Source of the DNA: an uncultured Pseudomonadota bacterium
Lineage (GTDB): Bacteria; Pseudomonadota; Gammaproteobacteria; Steroidobacterales; Steroidobacteraceae
Length of the DNA: 64,000 nt
Direction of reading: 5' to 3'
Assembly (NCBI GenBank): GCA_963726085.1
Contig: CAVSAR010000011.1
Span: 74,298-138,297, forward strand
Shown here: positions 41,622 to 52,339 of the stretch, one piece after another
Layout of the letters: each line of letters begins with the position of its first letter
How positions within the stretch are numbered: the first letter of the stretch is position 1
Program-made: the position numbers and the translations under genes
Notes under the pieces: generated by a model
Database searches by the model: none
What the model saw: the letters and a program-made list of their open reading frames with translations, nothing else
What the model was told of the DNA's origin: nothing

Positions 41622-41687
41622 GTGAGGGTTTTGCGATCACTCGCCCTCACCATGGATAGCGGCTCACGGTGACACGCGGCATCTGCC

Positions 41688-42365
41688 TTACGCTGCGCCC
41701 CGGACGATAAGCCGTTCGTCATTGCTGCGCGGCGAGTTCACGCGCTTGGACACCGGCCACGCTGAACGCAAGTCATCCGGATACGGCACCAGGCAGGCAA
41801 AGGCCTCCTCTGGCGATGCGGACAGCCACGCCTGCTGGTCCTTGCGCTGCAGGATGGCGGGCTCGCGCAGCTTCGTGTTGTGGATCTGCGCCATGAACGG
41901 CGAGGCCGGCAACGTGATGATGGTGCACGAGAGGATGGGCTCGCCGCCCTCCGGGGTCGACTGGTCCCAGAGGCCCGCGAAGCCGAACACGGGCTGGTCG
42001 GCGCAGCTCACATACCAGGGCTGCTTGCCGTCGGCGATCACCTGCCACTCGTAGAAGCCGCTGGCGATGACCAGGCAGCGCTGGCCGCGCTTCCAGGCCG
42101 TGCGATAGGCCGGCGAGGTGCGCACGGTTTCGACCCGTGCATTGATGGTGGAATATTGGCCGGGCTCACCCTTGGCAAAGAACGGGATCAGCCCGAAGCG
42201 CATGCGCACCAGTTGACGCTGCCCGTCCTGCATGCGGATGACTGGCACCTGCTGAGTGGGCGCGACATTGAAGCTGGCCGCGAACAGCGGCATCGGGTGC
42301 GGGCCAGTGAGCGTGAACTCACGCTCAATGGCCGACTCGTCGGGACTCACATAGCGGCCGCACAT
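41688..42365 (-). CDS. SOS response-associated peptidase (SRAP/YedK family).
   Basis: 225 aa starting MCGRY with the catalytic Cys2. Confidence 0.85.
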   Translation of the reverse strand: MCGRYVSPDESAIEREFTLTGPHPMPLFAASFNVAPTQQVPVIRMQDGQRQLVRMRFGLIPFFAKGEPGQYSTINARVETVRTSPAYRTAWKRGQRCLVIASGFYEWQVIADGKQPWYVSCADQPVFGFAGLWDQSTPEGGEPILSCTIITLPASPFMAQIHNTKLREPAILQRKDQQAWLSASPEEAFACLVPYPDDLRSAWPVSKRVNSPRSNDERLIVRGAA

Positions 42366-42388
42366 CGCCGCGACTCAATGGGCCCGGG

Positions 42389-43267
42389 CTAGAACGACCC
42401 GGTCACGAATACCTGTGCACCGGAATAATGCCATCGCAAATCACCATTGAACGCCGGCTTGGTCACGCCAACGGTAGTGATGAACTGGTTGTATCCCGCG
42501 CCCAGCCCCCAGTGCTTGGCAAACATCCAGGTCAGGCCACCGCGCACATCAGTGACCCGGCCGTCGATATTGTCGATCTTGAGGGCGAAGTATTGGGCCT
42601 GGGCATCTATGTACCAGTTGGGGGAAAGCGCCCACAGCCCACGCAGCCCGAACACCGGCAAAGGCGCGGTAACGCTGGCCGTTTCGGTATGCACCTGGCC
42701 CCCTACGCCGTTGATGGTGCCGACACCAGTGAGCGAAAATCCGAAATCGATGGCATGCAGGCCAGCCGAACCGGTGATTTCGTAGTTGTCGCGGCGCAGG
42801 AATGCATACTCGTACGCCAGCTCGTACACCTTCGTCGAGTTACTTGCTGTAACGTCCGCGTTGGCGTGATAGACCACGCCATCCACCGTAATGTCGCGAG
42901 TCAGGGTCTTGGTGTTGGATTGACTGACACTGAAATACATGACCCTGAGTTTGTGCTTGGGGGCCATCCGCCACGTGGCGTCCAGGCGGAACCGGTCAGC
43001 ATCCCTGAATCCCAGGTCCTTCTTGGTGTCGATTTCAGTGCCGCTTTGTCCACCCGTACCATTCAAAGTAACATTGGTTTTCGTGGTGAGCAGGAAGGTG
43101 CCCGCCGACACCATGAACCGGTCATCGAGCAGCCCATACTCGCGCGACCCCACCACCGTGGTGTCCGCAGCAGGTGTCACCGCTGCCAGTGCCAGACCCG
43201 GCGCAGCCAGCACCAGGATCACCACGGCCATGGACAGCGGGCTGAAATTATTGATCGGCTTTTTCAT
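42389..43267 (-). CDS. Outer-membrane beta-barrel protein.
   Basis: Start MKKPINNFSPLSMAVVILVLAAPGLALA (cat 43265-43267) gives a signal peptide. The body has alternating beta-strand patterning and a C-terminal Phe. Confidence 0.5.
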   Translation of the reverse strand: MKKPINNFSPLSMAVVILVLAAPGLALAAVTPAADTTVVGSREYGLLDDRFMVSAGTFLLTTKTNVTLNGTGGQSGTEIDTKKDLGFRDADRFRLDATWRMAPKHKLRVMYFSVSQSNTKTLTRDITVDGVVYHANADVTASNSTKVYELAYEYAFLRRDNYEITGSAGLHAIDFGFSLTGVGTINGVGGQVHTETASVTAPLPVFGLRGLWALSPNWYIDAQAQYFALKIDNIDGRVTDVRGGLTWMFAKHWGLGAGYNQFITTVGVTKPAFNGDLRWHYSGAQVFVTGSF

Positions 43268-43381
43268 GTATTCCCTATGTTTTTGCCAATGTCGTGGATT
43301 CCGGTCCCATCGGGTCGAAGTCTGCGCCAACTTCGGGCATGCGCACAACTGCCGGGTGCGCCCTGTAATGATGCGCAGTAC

Positions 43382-44347
43382 CTAGCCCCTGGTGCGTGGA
43401 CGGATCTGCATTTCCCGGCGGTGATAGTCGATTATTACGGTGTCCATGAGCCCGATAAGATCCATTCCGATCAGCAGTGCCGGCTGCTGGCCCATGTCCC
43501 AATATTCGAAAATGTGGATGTCCCCGAAGGTCAGGTGTGCGTCCCGGATCGTCAGGTTGCCAATCGAAATCGGCGAAACGGTCACCCCGACTCCAGTCTG
43601 CATGTCCCCGGTCGCGCCGGTGATCTCGTCTACCGAATGCGGTCTGCGTGTGTACCGGCTGGCCAGGGCCTCGCGCAGGGCCGAATTGCCAACGCTGGCC
43701 TGGGCCCCGGTATCGATAATCGCGCGCACCGGAATGCTGCCGACTTGCGCATCCACCATGAGCAGCTTGAGGTTGGTCTTCAGGAACGGCACCGCCTCGA
43801 ATCCATAGGCCGCGCGCAGGTTCTTGGAATAGGAAACATTGATGAAATCATTGCGGAAGTCGATGTAGATGCGCTTGTCGTGCATGCCATCCATGCCCAG
43901 CAGGCCCTGGGCGCCGCCGAAGGCGTCGTTGACGATGGGCAGTGTCGAGGGTGCGATCAGCAGGTCACCCACGCTGAGACTGTCGACCTTGATGGTTTGC
44001 ACCACTGCCGAGCCGGTGACCCCGCGCAGCAGCACCTTGGGCGAGCGGTCCAGCGATATACCCAGCTCCTGGGCAACGGCGGGAATCACTGCGGACCGGG
44101 TGGCGCCGGAATCCAGTACCAGCCGGAAGGGCCCCTGCTGGTTGATGTAAACCGGTACCCACACGCGGCCTATCTTGTCGCGCTGGGTCGGTGCCACATA
44201 ACGCGGCTCCCGCGCCTGTACCACGACCTCCTCAAGCTGGTCGTCATCGACCACCGGGGCCGGGGCCGGGGCTGGCGGTTCCGCCATTGCGGCAGGCCAC
44301 TGGGTGACGACCAGCAGCACTGCGAGCAGGCGGATCCGAATGGTCAC
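43382..44347 (-). CDS. Secreted retropepsin-like (clan AA) aspartic protease with two catalytic half-domains.
   Basis: Signal peptide MTIRIRLLAVLLVVTQWPAAMA. There are two D(S/T)GA motifs (LVLDSGATRS and IIDTGAQAS). Confidence 0.7.
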   Translation of the reverse strand: MTIRIRLLAVLLVVTQWPAAMAEPPAPAPAPVVDDDQLEEVVVQAREPRYVAPTQRDKIGRVWVPVYINQQGPFRLVLDSGATRSAVIPAVAQELGISLDRSPKVLLRGVTGSAVVQTIKVDSLSVGDLLIAPSTLPIVNDAFGGAQGLLGMDGMHDKRIYIDFRNDFINVSYSKNLRAAYGFEAVPFLKTNLKLLMVDAQVGSIPVRAIIDTGAQASVGNSALREALASRYTRRPHSVDEITGATGDMQTGVGVTVSPISIGNLTIRDAHLTFGDIHIFEYWDMGQQPALLIGMDLIGLMDTVIIDYHRREMQIRPRTRG

Positions 44348-44889
44348 CAGATCAGGTCATCCGGGATGACGTGATGCTGGTATGGGTCATCGGGGTCCGG
44401 GGCTGCGCCGGGCCGGTTGAGGTGAATCAGCGCGCGCTCCACCCGCGCCTTGATCTGCTCGCCAACGGCAGCAGGCACAAATGCGTAGCGACCGTCATTG
44501 CGGACAATGGCCAGATCGCCGCGAATCAGCCGCTCGCGCAGGGGCGGGGTGACCGCGACGCGCCGGATCCTGGTGCCGTCCTGGAAATTGTAGTGGTCAT
44601 CGGTTTCGACCCGCGGCACCTGGTGCTGCTCGACCAGTTGCCGGATTTCGGCGAACTTGGCCCGGCGCTCGATCTTTTCCTGCTTGCGGCGGTTGAGCTC
44701 GGCGTCGCGCGCCGCCTTCTCGGCCGCTGCCTTGCGGGCGGCCAGCTCTTGCGGCGAGGGGGTGGCCTGGGCCTTGCGGCCACGCGGCGCAACATATTTC
44801 TCGCGCTTCTGATCCCGCTCGACGCGCTGCGCCTGCTGTTCCGTGACCAGCCCCGCCTTCAGCAGTTGTTCGCGCAGTGACAGACTCAT
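44344..44889 (-). CDS. DUF2058 family protein.
   Basis: MSLSLREQLLKAGLV then a Lys/Arg/Glu-rich coiled-coil region. There is an ATGA overlap with the protease gene. Confidence 0.65.
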   Translation of the reverse strand: MSLSLREQLLKAGLVTEQQAQRVERDQKREKYVAPRGRKAQATPSPQELAARKAAAEKAARDAELNRRKQEKIERRAKFAEIRQLVEQHQVPRVETDDHYNFQDGTRIRRVAVTPPLRERLIRGDLAIVRNDGRYAFVPAAVGEQIKARVERALIHLNRPGAAPDPDDPYQHHVIPDDLIW

Positions 44890-45177
44890 GGGCAGATTGT
44901 ACGCGGATCCATTGACCCAGACTTTGGTGGCGCCTGCACCCGGACATGAGCAATCGCACGGCGACGCGCTGGCTCATTGTCGTAATCTGACCCGGCCGCG
45001 GCCGGCCGGACGATGGCTGTCACGCCAGTATTTTCCGCCCGCGCGCCGGCAGATCGGAACTGTCGCGCAGGGGTGCGGTCTGGGTCGGTACCGGCACCTC
45101 ACACTACCGCCATTGAGGCCGGGTTGCAGATTTCTCAACGATAGTGCAGGCCGTGCCCACCGCAATCCTTTGATAGA

Positions 45178-45843
45178 GTGCCAACCGTGAACACCAGAAT
45201 TTCGCTCTCCGTACTGCTGCTGGCCGCGGCTACGCCGGTTTTCGCAGTGCCCGACGCCAGTGGGCAGCTGACCACCACCCCTGCGCCGGATCTGTCCGCA
45301 GATTCCGCCATGACGGCGCGGCTCAACTACAATATTGGCTTCGAACGCTTCGAGAAGGCGCAGGCCGCTGACAAGCTGGCGCCAGGCTCAAAGGGCGCGC
45401 TGGACGGTTTCCGCGAGGCACGCGACCTGTTCGAGAAGGCAGCCAAGGCTGATCCCAAGGCGCGCGAGGCATGGAACCTGATCGGCTACACCAGCCGCCG
45501 CCTCGGCGAATACGATCGCTCGCTTGCGGCCTATGAGAAAGCGCTGGCCATCGAGCCCAATTATCCGGAAGCCATCGAGTACCGCGCTGAAGCCTACCTT
45601 GCGCTGCGGCGTCTGGAAGACGTGAAAAAGTCCTATACGGAGCTCGACGTGATGTCGCCGCCCCATGCCGATATCTTGATGGAGTCGATGCGCAGCTGGG
45701 TTGCCGCGCATCGCAATAAACCCGACGGCGTCAGCGCTGCCGACCTGGATAGCTTTGCATCCTGGGTCAACGAGCGGGCCTCGGTCCCGCGCAAGACCGC
45801 AGCGTTGCGGCAGGATGCGGCTGCCGCACGCTACTGGAACTGA
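45178..45843 (+). CDS. Secreted tetratricopeptide-repeat protein.
   Basis: GTG start with a signal peptide. TPR-like AWNLIGYTSRRLGEYDRSLAAYEKALAIEPNYPEA. Confidence 0.55.
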   Translation: MPTVNTRISLSVLLLAAATPVFAVPDASGQLTTTPAPDLSADSAMTARLNYNIGFERFEKAQAADKLAPGSKGALDGFREARDLFEKAAKADPKAREAWNLIGYTSRRLGEYDRSLAAYEKALAIEPNYPEAIEYRAEAYLALRRLEDVKKSYTELDVMSPPHADILMESMRSWVAAHRNKPDGVSAADLDSFASWVNERASVPRKTAALRQDAAAARYWN

Positions 45844-45852
45844 CCTCCCGGG

Positions 45853-46431
45853 TCAGTCGGCCTTGATCGCTTCAATGGTGATCAGCAGCTTGACGTCCAT
45901 CTTGAAGCCGAACGAATCGCCATAGGACACGCCGTAGTCTTTGCGATTGATCATCGCCGAGGCGTCCGCACCGCAGGTTTCCTTCTTCGACATCGGGTTG
46001 GGCTTGCACATGAAGCTGTTGATCTTCAGTGTCACCGGCTTGGTCACGCCGTGCATGGTCAGGTTGCCCTGTACCTCAGTGGGATTCTCGCCATTGAATC
46101 CCGCCAGCTTGCCGCTGAACGTAGCGGTCGGAAACTTCGCCACGTCGAACATGTCCGGCGACCGGGCATGCTCGTCCATCTTGTCCATGCCGAAGTTGAT
46201 AGTCTTCATGTCCATGGTGACGTCAACAGTGCCGGTCTTGGCGGCGCGATCGAGCACCACCTTGCCGCTGGTCGAGTTGATCTTGCCACGCCACACCGAC
46301 AGCCCACCCATGTGGTCGGCCTCGAAAGCCGGGTAGGTGTGCTGCGGATCAACGTTGTAGGTAACCGGAGCGGCCTGGGCGGCCACGGCCAGGAGCATGG
46401 AACTGGCAGCGCCAGCAAGTACGCGTTTCAT
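45853..46431 (-). CDS. YceI family protein.
   Basis: 192 aa, signal peptide. Resembles the polyisoprenoid-binding YceI family. Confidence 0.75.
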   Translation of the reverse strand: MKRVLAGAASSMLLAVAAQAAPVTYNVDPQHTYPAFEADHMGGLSVWRGKINSTSGKVVLDRAAKTGTVDVTMDMKTINFGMDKMDEHARSPDMFDVAKFPTATFSGKLAGFNGENPTEVQGNLTMHGVTKPVTLKINSFMCKPNPMSKKETCGADASAMINRKDYGVSYGDSFGFKMDVKLLITIEAIKAD

Positions 46432-47711
46432 GAAGTTGTCCTTTGTCGTGCGGAGCGCGAAACATACCCCAGTTTCCCGAAGTGGGCCAACAGTCGCGAA
46501 GCAGCCTCGCGTCCCGAACGCCAGGCTCCATGCAGGGTGCCGTAGTATTCCCGGGAACAGGCCTCGCCGGCGAATATAAGGTTGGGCGCCACCGGTTGCG
46601 CCAGCACCTCACGTTGATCGGCCATTCCAGGGCGGGCTGCGGAATAGGAACCCCGCGCCCAGGGGTCGCTTCCCCAGCCGGTCGCCAGCGACGCGGTGAT
46701 GGCACGCACCAGGTCAGCCCCAAAGACGCTCTTGAGTTCCTCGCAGGCGAAGGCCACTAGTTCGCCGCGCTGTTCCAGCTCCCACGACAGGTCCCCACCA
46801 AAGAATCCCGCAATCACCGGCTGCCCGGCAGGGCGAACGGTGTAGCTGCCCGTGCGGCGCGTGGTATCCGAACCGATCAGTTGCGTGGTGTCCGCGAACG
46901 GCAGCAGTGCCTCGTCCACCCGCAGGAATACCTTGTTGACGACCCCCAGTGGCAGCGCACCGCAGGCTGCAAGCGTGTGCGCAGGCAATGGCGGATCAAA
47001 GGCTATGCTGCCGGCGGCCAGCACGCTGGCAGGCACCGTGACCACCACGGCGCGCGCCCTGACCGATCCCTGAGTGCTGACAATGCGCACCGACTCGTCA
47101 TTCCAGCCGATGGCCGTGACCGGCGCGCCCAGCGCGATCGGCAGGCCGGCAGCCGCCCGGGCCACGACGCTGCCCAACCCCTCGGCCACTGCCCAGTTGT
47201 GCGTCGAGTCGGCGTAGCGCGCCAGGTCCATCGTCGACACGCACGTGGTTTCCACCCCTACCGCCCAGGTCATGACCGCGTCGAACCGGCAGCGGAACTC
47301 ATCCTGCGGCACCACTTCACTGACCGCGACGTCACGGCCAGCGGCCACGGCGGCATCGATCAGCCCCTGGTAGCGAATCCATCCCTGCGCCACAAGTTCG
47401 CGCTCCGGGGGCGTGGGCAAGCGGTTGCCAATGAGGGCGGCGGCACCCCAATTGGGTTCACGCGTTATCACGCGGAAGCCGGACTCCTGCGCGATGCCGG
47501 TCAACGCGTTGTCCGGCGCGAAATGCAGCCACGCGGCACCCAGGTCGGCGGCAATCCCCAGGGAGTGATCGGTATGCGCGCGCCCACCGGTACGGCTGCG
47601 CGCCTCCAGCACCTGCACGCTCAGGTCCGCTTCCTGCAATGCCCGGCACGCGGCAATCCCGGCGGCCCCTGCTCCGATGATCGCGACGTCCACAAATCCG
47701 GTCTTGGTCAT
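46428..47711 (-). CDS. FAD-dependent amine oxidase family oxidoreductase.
   Basis: [14 protein letters not shown] dinucleotide-binding motif at the N-terminus. 427 aa. Confidence 0.75.
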   Translation of the reverse strand: MTKTGFVDVAIIGAGAAGIAACRALQEADLSVQVLEARSRTGGRAHTDHSLGIAADLGAAWLHFAPDNALTGIAQESGFRVITREPNWGAAALIGNRLPTPPERELVAQGWIRYQGLIDAAVAAGRDVAVSEVVPQDEFRCRFDAVMTWAVGVETTCVSTMDLARYADSTHNWAVAEGLGSVVARAAAGLPIALGAPVTAIGWNDESVRIVSTQGSVRARAVVVTVPASVLAAGSIAFDPPLPAHTLAACGALPLGVVNKVFLRVDEALLPFADTTQLIGSDTTRRTGSYTVRPAGQPVIAGFFGGDLSWELEQRGELVAFACEELKSVFGADLVRAITASLATGWGSDPWARGSYSAARPGMADQREVLAQPVAPNLIFAGEACSREYYGTLHGAWRSGREAASRLLAHFGKLGYVSRSARQRTTS

Positions 47712-47755
47712 GGTTGAACGCGATTCTACTCGTGCCTGCTGCTAGGATTGAGCGC

Positions 47756-48412
47756 ATGAAGCGACTGGATCATCTGCTGCAGAAGAATCAGGACTGGGCC
47801 GACGCGGTGACACGCCGCGACCCGCAATTCTTTTCGCGGCTGACTTCCCAGCAGTCGCCGCGCTATCTGTGGATTGGCTGTGCCGACAGTCGTGTGCCGG
47901 CAAACGAGATCGTCGACCTGGCCCCTGGCGAGCTGTTCGTGCATCGCAATGTCGCCAACCTGGTGGTCCACACCGACCTCAATTGCCTGTCAGTGATCCA
48001 GTACGCCGTGGACGTGCTCAAGGTGCAGGACATCATCGTCACCGGGCATTACGGCTGTGGCGGCATCGCCGCAGCCATGGGTTCCGCATCGCTGGGCCTG
48101 ATCGACAACTGGCTGCGTCATGTGCAGGACATCCGCGAACGCCACCCCGCCTTGCTGGCTGCCGGTGGCCCAAATGCACTTGATCGACTGTGCGAACTGA
48201 ACGTGCTGGAGCAGGCGCTCAACGTCTGCCGGACCACGGTGGTCAAGGATGCCTGGAACCGTGGCCAGCCACTGGCCGTGCACGGCTGGATCTATGCAGT
48301 GAAGGACGGCCTGATCAGGGACCTCGAGTTCTGCGCCACCGCCGACTCGGACAGCACCAAGGTGTTCGAAAAGGCCGTCGCCAGGCTACCCGGGGCCGGG
48401 GGTGGACGCTGA
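47756..48412 (+). CDS. can: Beta-class carbonic anhydrase.
   Basis: Motifs CADSRV and HYGCGG. Start MKRLDHLLQKNQDWA. Confidence 0.85.
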   Translation: MKRLDHLLQKNQDWADAVTRRDPQFFSRLTSQQSPRYLWIGCADSRVPANEIVDLAPGELFVHRNVANLVVHTDLNCLSVIQYAVDVLKVQDIIVTGHYGCGGIAAAMGSASLGLIDNWLRHVQDIRERHPALLAAGGPNALDRLCELNVLEQALNVCRTTVVKDAWNRGQPLAVHGWIYAVKDGLIRDLEFCATADSDSTKVFEKAVARLPGAGGGR

Positions 48413-51400
48413 CGGGGCCTTCACGGCGGTGATCGGCGCCTCTTCGGGCTTGCGGCCCCGAAGCCGGCCATACAGGCGCTTGATCTTGTGTTCCAGGTCG
48501 TCGGCCAGCGTGTAGATCACGGGCACGACAAACAACGACAGCGCCGTCGAGGCAAACAGTCCGCCGATTACCGCCGCGCCCATGGGCGCGCGAAAACTCG
48601 AGTCCCCCGACAATCCCAGCGTGATCGGCGTCATGCCTGCCGCCATGGCGATCGTGGTCATGATGATGGGCCTGGCGCGCTTGGAACAGGCATCCATCAG
48701 CGCGTCATAGCGGTTCAGGCCGTGTTCGCGCCGCGCCATCACCGCGTACTCGACCAGCAGGATGGAGTTCTTGGTCACGATGCCCATCAACATCAGCAGG
48801 CCGATCAGTGAGGGTATCGACAGGTCCATCTTCAGCAACCACAGCATTATGAACGCGCCGCCGGCGGAAGGCGGCAAGGCCGACAGGATGGTGATCGGCT
48901 GCAGCACGTCGTGGAACAGCAGCACCAGCAACGCGTAGATGCAGAAGATGCCGGTAACCATTGCCAGGATAAAGCCGCCGAAGATGCGGCCTTGCAGCTC
49001 CGCTTCACCGGCATCGATCGGGCGCACGCCGGAGGGCAGGTTGCGCATTGATGGCAGGTCACGCGCCAGCGCGGAAGCCTCGCCCAACGGAATCAAGCCG
49101 CGATCGGCCGTAATGGTGATGTTGCGGTTGCGATCGTAGCGCGTGATCTGCGATGGCCCGGCGCCCAGGGTGACGTCGGCGACATTCATCAGCGGCACCG
49201 GCCCGAAGCGCGAAGGCACGTTGAGCAGCCTGATCTGGTCGATGTCCCTGCGCGCCGCGTCGTTAAGGCGCACAAGTATCGGAATCTGCCGGTCCGGCAA
49301 GTTCATCTTGGCCAGGTTGTTGTTGACATCACCGCTGGTGGCGATGCGCGTGGCCTGGCTGATGGCCGCAGTGGTGACGCCGAGTTCCGCCGCGCGGTCG
49401 GGCCGCGGGCGGATGACCAGCTCCGGTTGCAGCAGGCTGGCACTGGTGCTGACGTTCGAGAATCCAGGCACGGCGCGCATCTCGCGCTCGATCTGCGCGG
49501 CCGCGACGGTCAACAGGTTCGAATCATCTCCGGTAAGCTCGATCTGCAGGCCGCCATTGCCAAAATTGCCACCGCCTGCCGATATGCGTGCGCCGGGAAT
49601 GGTGCGCGTCTCGGCCAGGAACTGGCGCTGCAGCACCTGCTCGGATGCCTTGCGCTCCTTGCGGTCCACCAGTACCAGGCCAATATTGGCGCTGGCGACA
49701 TTCACCACTGCCCAGACCCGTGCGACCTCCTTGTGGCGGGACATCCGCTGGCGAATGGCTTCCACGACCTGGCGCGTATCTTCCAGGCGCGAGCCCGGTG
49801 GCAAGCTGACGCTCAGGTTGACGAAGCCATTGTCCCCCGCAGGGCGCAGGCCCGTGGGCAACAAATGGGCAAGGTAGAAAGTAGCCGCCATCACCAGCGT
49901 CACCGCCAAAAGGGTCTGCCAGCGATGTCCCAGTGCCCAGGTCACCCTGCCCAGATACCAGGTCTTGAAGCGCCCCTGCTCTTCGGGCTCGTGATAGGGC
50001 CGCATGTACTTCGACGCCATCATGGGCGTCAGCATTCGCGCCACCAGTAGCGAGAACAGCACGGCGATGGTCGCCGTGAAGGCAAAGGGCTTGAAGAATT
50101 GACCGGGCACGCCGTCCATGAACGCCACCGGGACGAATACGGCGCACAGCGTGAACGTGGTGGCGACCACCGCCAGACCGATCTCGATGGCGGCGTCGGT
50201 GGCCGCCTGCAAGGGCGGCTTGCCCATGCGCAAGTGGCGCACGATGTTCTCGACCTCGACGATGGCGTCGTCCACCAGCATGCCGACCACCAGCGACAGG
50301 GCCAGCATGGTCAGCGTGTTCATGGAGAACCCAAAGATATGCAGTGCCCAGAAGGTCGGGATGATGGCCAGTGGCAGGGCCGCGGCGGAGATCAACGTCG
50401 CGCGCACGTCGCGCAGGAACAGCCACACCACGATGATGGCCAGAATGGCGCCCTCGACCAGCATCAGCATCGAGCTCTTGTAGCTGGCGCGGATCGACTC
50501 CACTTCCGAGTAGATCTCGGTGATCTTGATTTGCGGGTACTTGACCTGCAGCGCCTTGACTGCGTCGCGCGTGCGATCGGCGACCTGCAATGCACCCTCG
50601 CCCCAGGCACGCATCACCTGGAACCCGATCACCGGCTTGCCGTCGAGCAGCGCCAGCTGGCGCACTTCGGCGGCCTGGTCGCGCACCTCGGCTATCGAAT
50701 CCAGGCGCACGCTGCGCCCGTCGCTCAGCGAGATGGGCAGTGCCCCGAGCTGCTGCACCGAACTGATCGTGCCCAGCGTGCGCACGCTTTGCTCCTGTGA
50801 GCCGATGCGCGTCTCCCCGCCGGGCAGCTCAACCTGGGTACGTACCAGCTGGCTCGAGACATCCCCGGCGGTGACCCCCAGCGCTCCCATGCGATCCGGA
50901 TCCAGGTCCACGCGCACTTCACGCGATACACCGCCGATGCGGTTGACCTGTCCGACGCCGGGGACCGCGCTGATATCGCGCATCACGTTGAGGTCGACGA
51001 ACCAAGACAGCTCGGTGTCGCTGAGGTTGTCGGAGCTGACGCCGAACGCAATGATGGCGTTGCCGGCCGTGGTGGCGCGCCCGATGTACGGCTCGGTGGC
51101 GTCGATGGGTAAATCGGGCCGGATGCGCGACACGGCGTCACGCACATCGTCCATGGCCTGCTGCAGGTCGGTCCCGAACTGGAACTGGATCACCGTCTGC
51201 GACGATCCGGTGCTGATGTTGGAGTTGATGTGCTCGATGCCGACGATGGTCGACACGGCGTCCTCGACCTTGCGCGTGATCTCCGTTTCCATCTGCGAGG
51301 GCGGCACGCCGGCATAGCCCACCTGCACAAACACATTCGGGAAGCTGATGTCCGGCTGGTCCTGGATCTGCAGCTTGGGGAATGCCCAGACCCCGCCGAT

Positions 51401-51466
51401 CACCAGCGCGATGAACATCATGATGACGGGGACGGGGTTGCGGATGGACCAGGTGACGAAATTCAT
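48386..51466 (-). CDS. Efflux RND transporter permease subunit (orphan paralogue of 22268..25312).
   Basis: Start MNFVTWSIRNPVPVIMMF (cat 51464-51466), identical in its first 18 residues to the other permease. About 1026 aa with a Lys/Arg/Pro-rich C-terminal tail. No adaptor or outer-membrane gene is adjacent. Confidence 0.85.
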   Translation of the reverse strand: MNFVTWSIRNPVPVIMMFIALVIGGVWAFPKLQIQDQPDISFPNVFVQVGYAGVPPSQMETEITRKVEDAVSTIVGIEHINSNISTGSSQTVIQFQFGTDLQQAMDDVRDAVSRIRPDLPIDATEPYIGRATTAGNAIIAFGVSSDNLSDTELSWFVDLNVMRDISAVPGVGQVNRIGGVSREVRVDLDPDRMGALGVTAGDVSSQLVRTQVELPGGETRIGSQEQSVRTLGTISSVQQLGALPISLSDGRSVRLDSIAEVRDQAAEVRQLALLDGKPVIGFQVMRAWGEGALQVADRTRDAVKALQVKYPQIKITEIYSEVESIRASYKSSMLMLVEGAILAIIVVWLFLRDVRATLISAAALPLAIIPTFWALHIFGFSMNTLTMLALSLVVGMLVDDAIVEVENIVRHLRMGKPPLQAATDAAIEIGLAVVATTFTLCAVFVPVAFMDGVPGQFFKPFAFTATIAVLFSLLVARMLTPMMASKYMRPYHEPEEQGRFKTWYLGRVTWALGHRWQTLLAVTLVMAATFYLAHLLPTGLRPAGDNGFVNLSVSLPPGSRLEDTRQVVEAIRQRMSRHKEVARVWAVVNVASANIGLVLVDRKERKASEQVLQRQFLAETRTIPGARISAGGGNFGNGGLQIELTGDDSNLLTVAAAQIEREMRAVPGFSNVSTSASLLQPELVIRPRPDRAAELGVTTAAISQATRIATSGDVNNNLAKMNLPDRQIPILVRLNDAARRDIDQIRLLNVPSRFGPVPLMNVADVTLGAGPSQITRYDRNRNITITADRGLIPLGEASALARDLPSMRNLPSGVRPIDAGEAELQGRIFGGFILAMVTGIFCIYALLVLLFHDVLQPITILSALPPSAGGAFIMLWLLKMDLSIPSLIGLLMLMGIVTKNSILLVEYAVMARREHGLNRYDALMDACSKRARPIIMTTIAMAAGMTPITLGLSGDSSFRAPMGAAVIGGLFASTALSLFVVPVIYTLADDLEHKIKRLYGRLRGRKPEEAPITAVKAPSASTPGPG

Positions 51467-51646
51467 GGGTGAACTATAGGGAAAAACCAGCGCAAATCCA
51501 GCCGGGATGGTGTACCGTGGTCGGCCTCGCGACCCTTCTTGCTTGCCTCCCGTGGCTCCAGCGCGTTCCGCGCCCCTTCCCAGGGCCACCTGCCGGTCAC
51601 TCTCTGAAGCGCCAGCGATTCGCCCTTAACTTCATGTGAGTATTAA

Positions 51647-51928
51647 ATGACCAAGTTGTTTGTCGGAAACCTGCCCTTCTCGGCCACCGAAGACGCCGTG
51701 CGCCAACTGTTCACCCAGCACGGCACCGTCGAAAAGATCGCCCTGATCATGGATCGCGAGACAGGTCGCCCGCGCGGCTTTGGCTTTGTGGAAATGTCGC
51801 AGGCCGATGCCTCGCGCGCCATCCAGAGTCTCAACGGCACCAACATGGACGGCCGCTCGATCAAGGTCAGCGAAGCCCAGGAACGCGCAGCCGGTGCTGG
51901 CGGCGGCGGCGGATCGCGCCGTTATTAA
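51647..51928 (+). CDS. RRM-type RNA-binding protein.
   Basis: MTKLFVGNLPFSATED (RNP-2), RGFGFVEM (RNP-1), and a Gly-rich tail. Confidence 0.85.
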   Translation: MTKLFVGNLPFSATEDAVRQLFTQHGTVEKIALIMDRETGRPRGFGFVEMSQADASRAIQSLNGTNMDGRSIKVSEAQERAAGAGGGGGSRRY

Positions 51929-52339
51929 ATGGAAAACCTGAGTCTCGAAGTCGCTTACGGGCGCTACGGGGCGCAGATCTCCAACAAGCAGCGCAGCCTG
52001 TCGGCCATGGCTGCCGACGGCAGCTTGGTCCTGACCTGCCTCTCCGAGCGATTCAGTCGCCCGGGTGCAGGCATCCTGCGCTACAGCGGACAGCTTTCGC
52101 AGGAAGGCACCTCCACGCGGGTAGCGGAACTGGGTGCCCACGTATTGTCCGCCCGCGATTCCGGGGCCAGTGTTCGCGCGGTGGTCATCACGCCTCCTCG
52201 CGGCATCGTCCGGCGCGTCATCCATGTGCGCACGGACCTGGTCGGCAAGGTCATCGACTTCGACGGTGACTCTTTCGTTGTCGACTTCACCCGGCCCGCG
52301 CCACCACTGGTCGAACCCAGAGCGCGACGCAAGCGCTGA
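51929..52339 (+). CDS. Hypothetical protein.
   Basis: 136 aa ORF. Its ATG starts directly after the TAA of the RRM gene. GC3-rich codon usage is consistent with coding. No family recognised. Confidence 0.4.
   Translation: MENLSLEVAYGRYGAQISNKQRSLSAMAADGSLVLTCLSERFSRPGAGILRYSGQLSQEGTSTRVAELGAHVLSARDSGASVRAVVITPPRGIVRRVIHVRTDLVGKVIDFDGDSFVVDFTRPAPPLVEPRARRKR

Noticed and set aside
42428-44374. 648 aa plus-strand ORF spanning the outer-membrane protein and aspartic protease genes.
   Set aside because: It is antisense to two genes with signal peptides and recognisable motifs. The product is His/Arg/Gly-rich junk.
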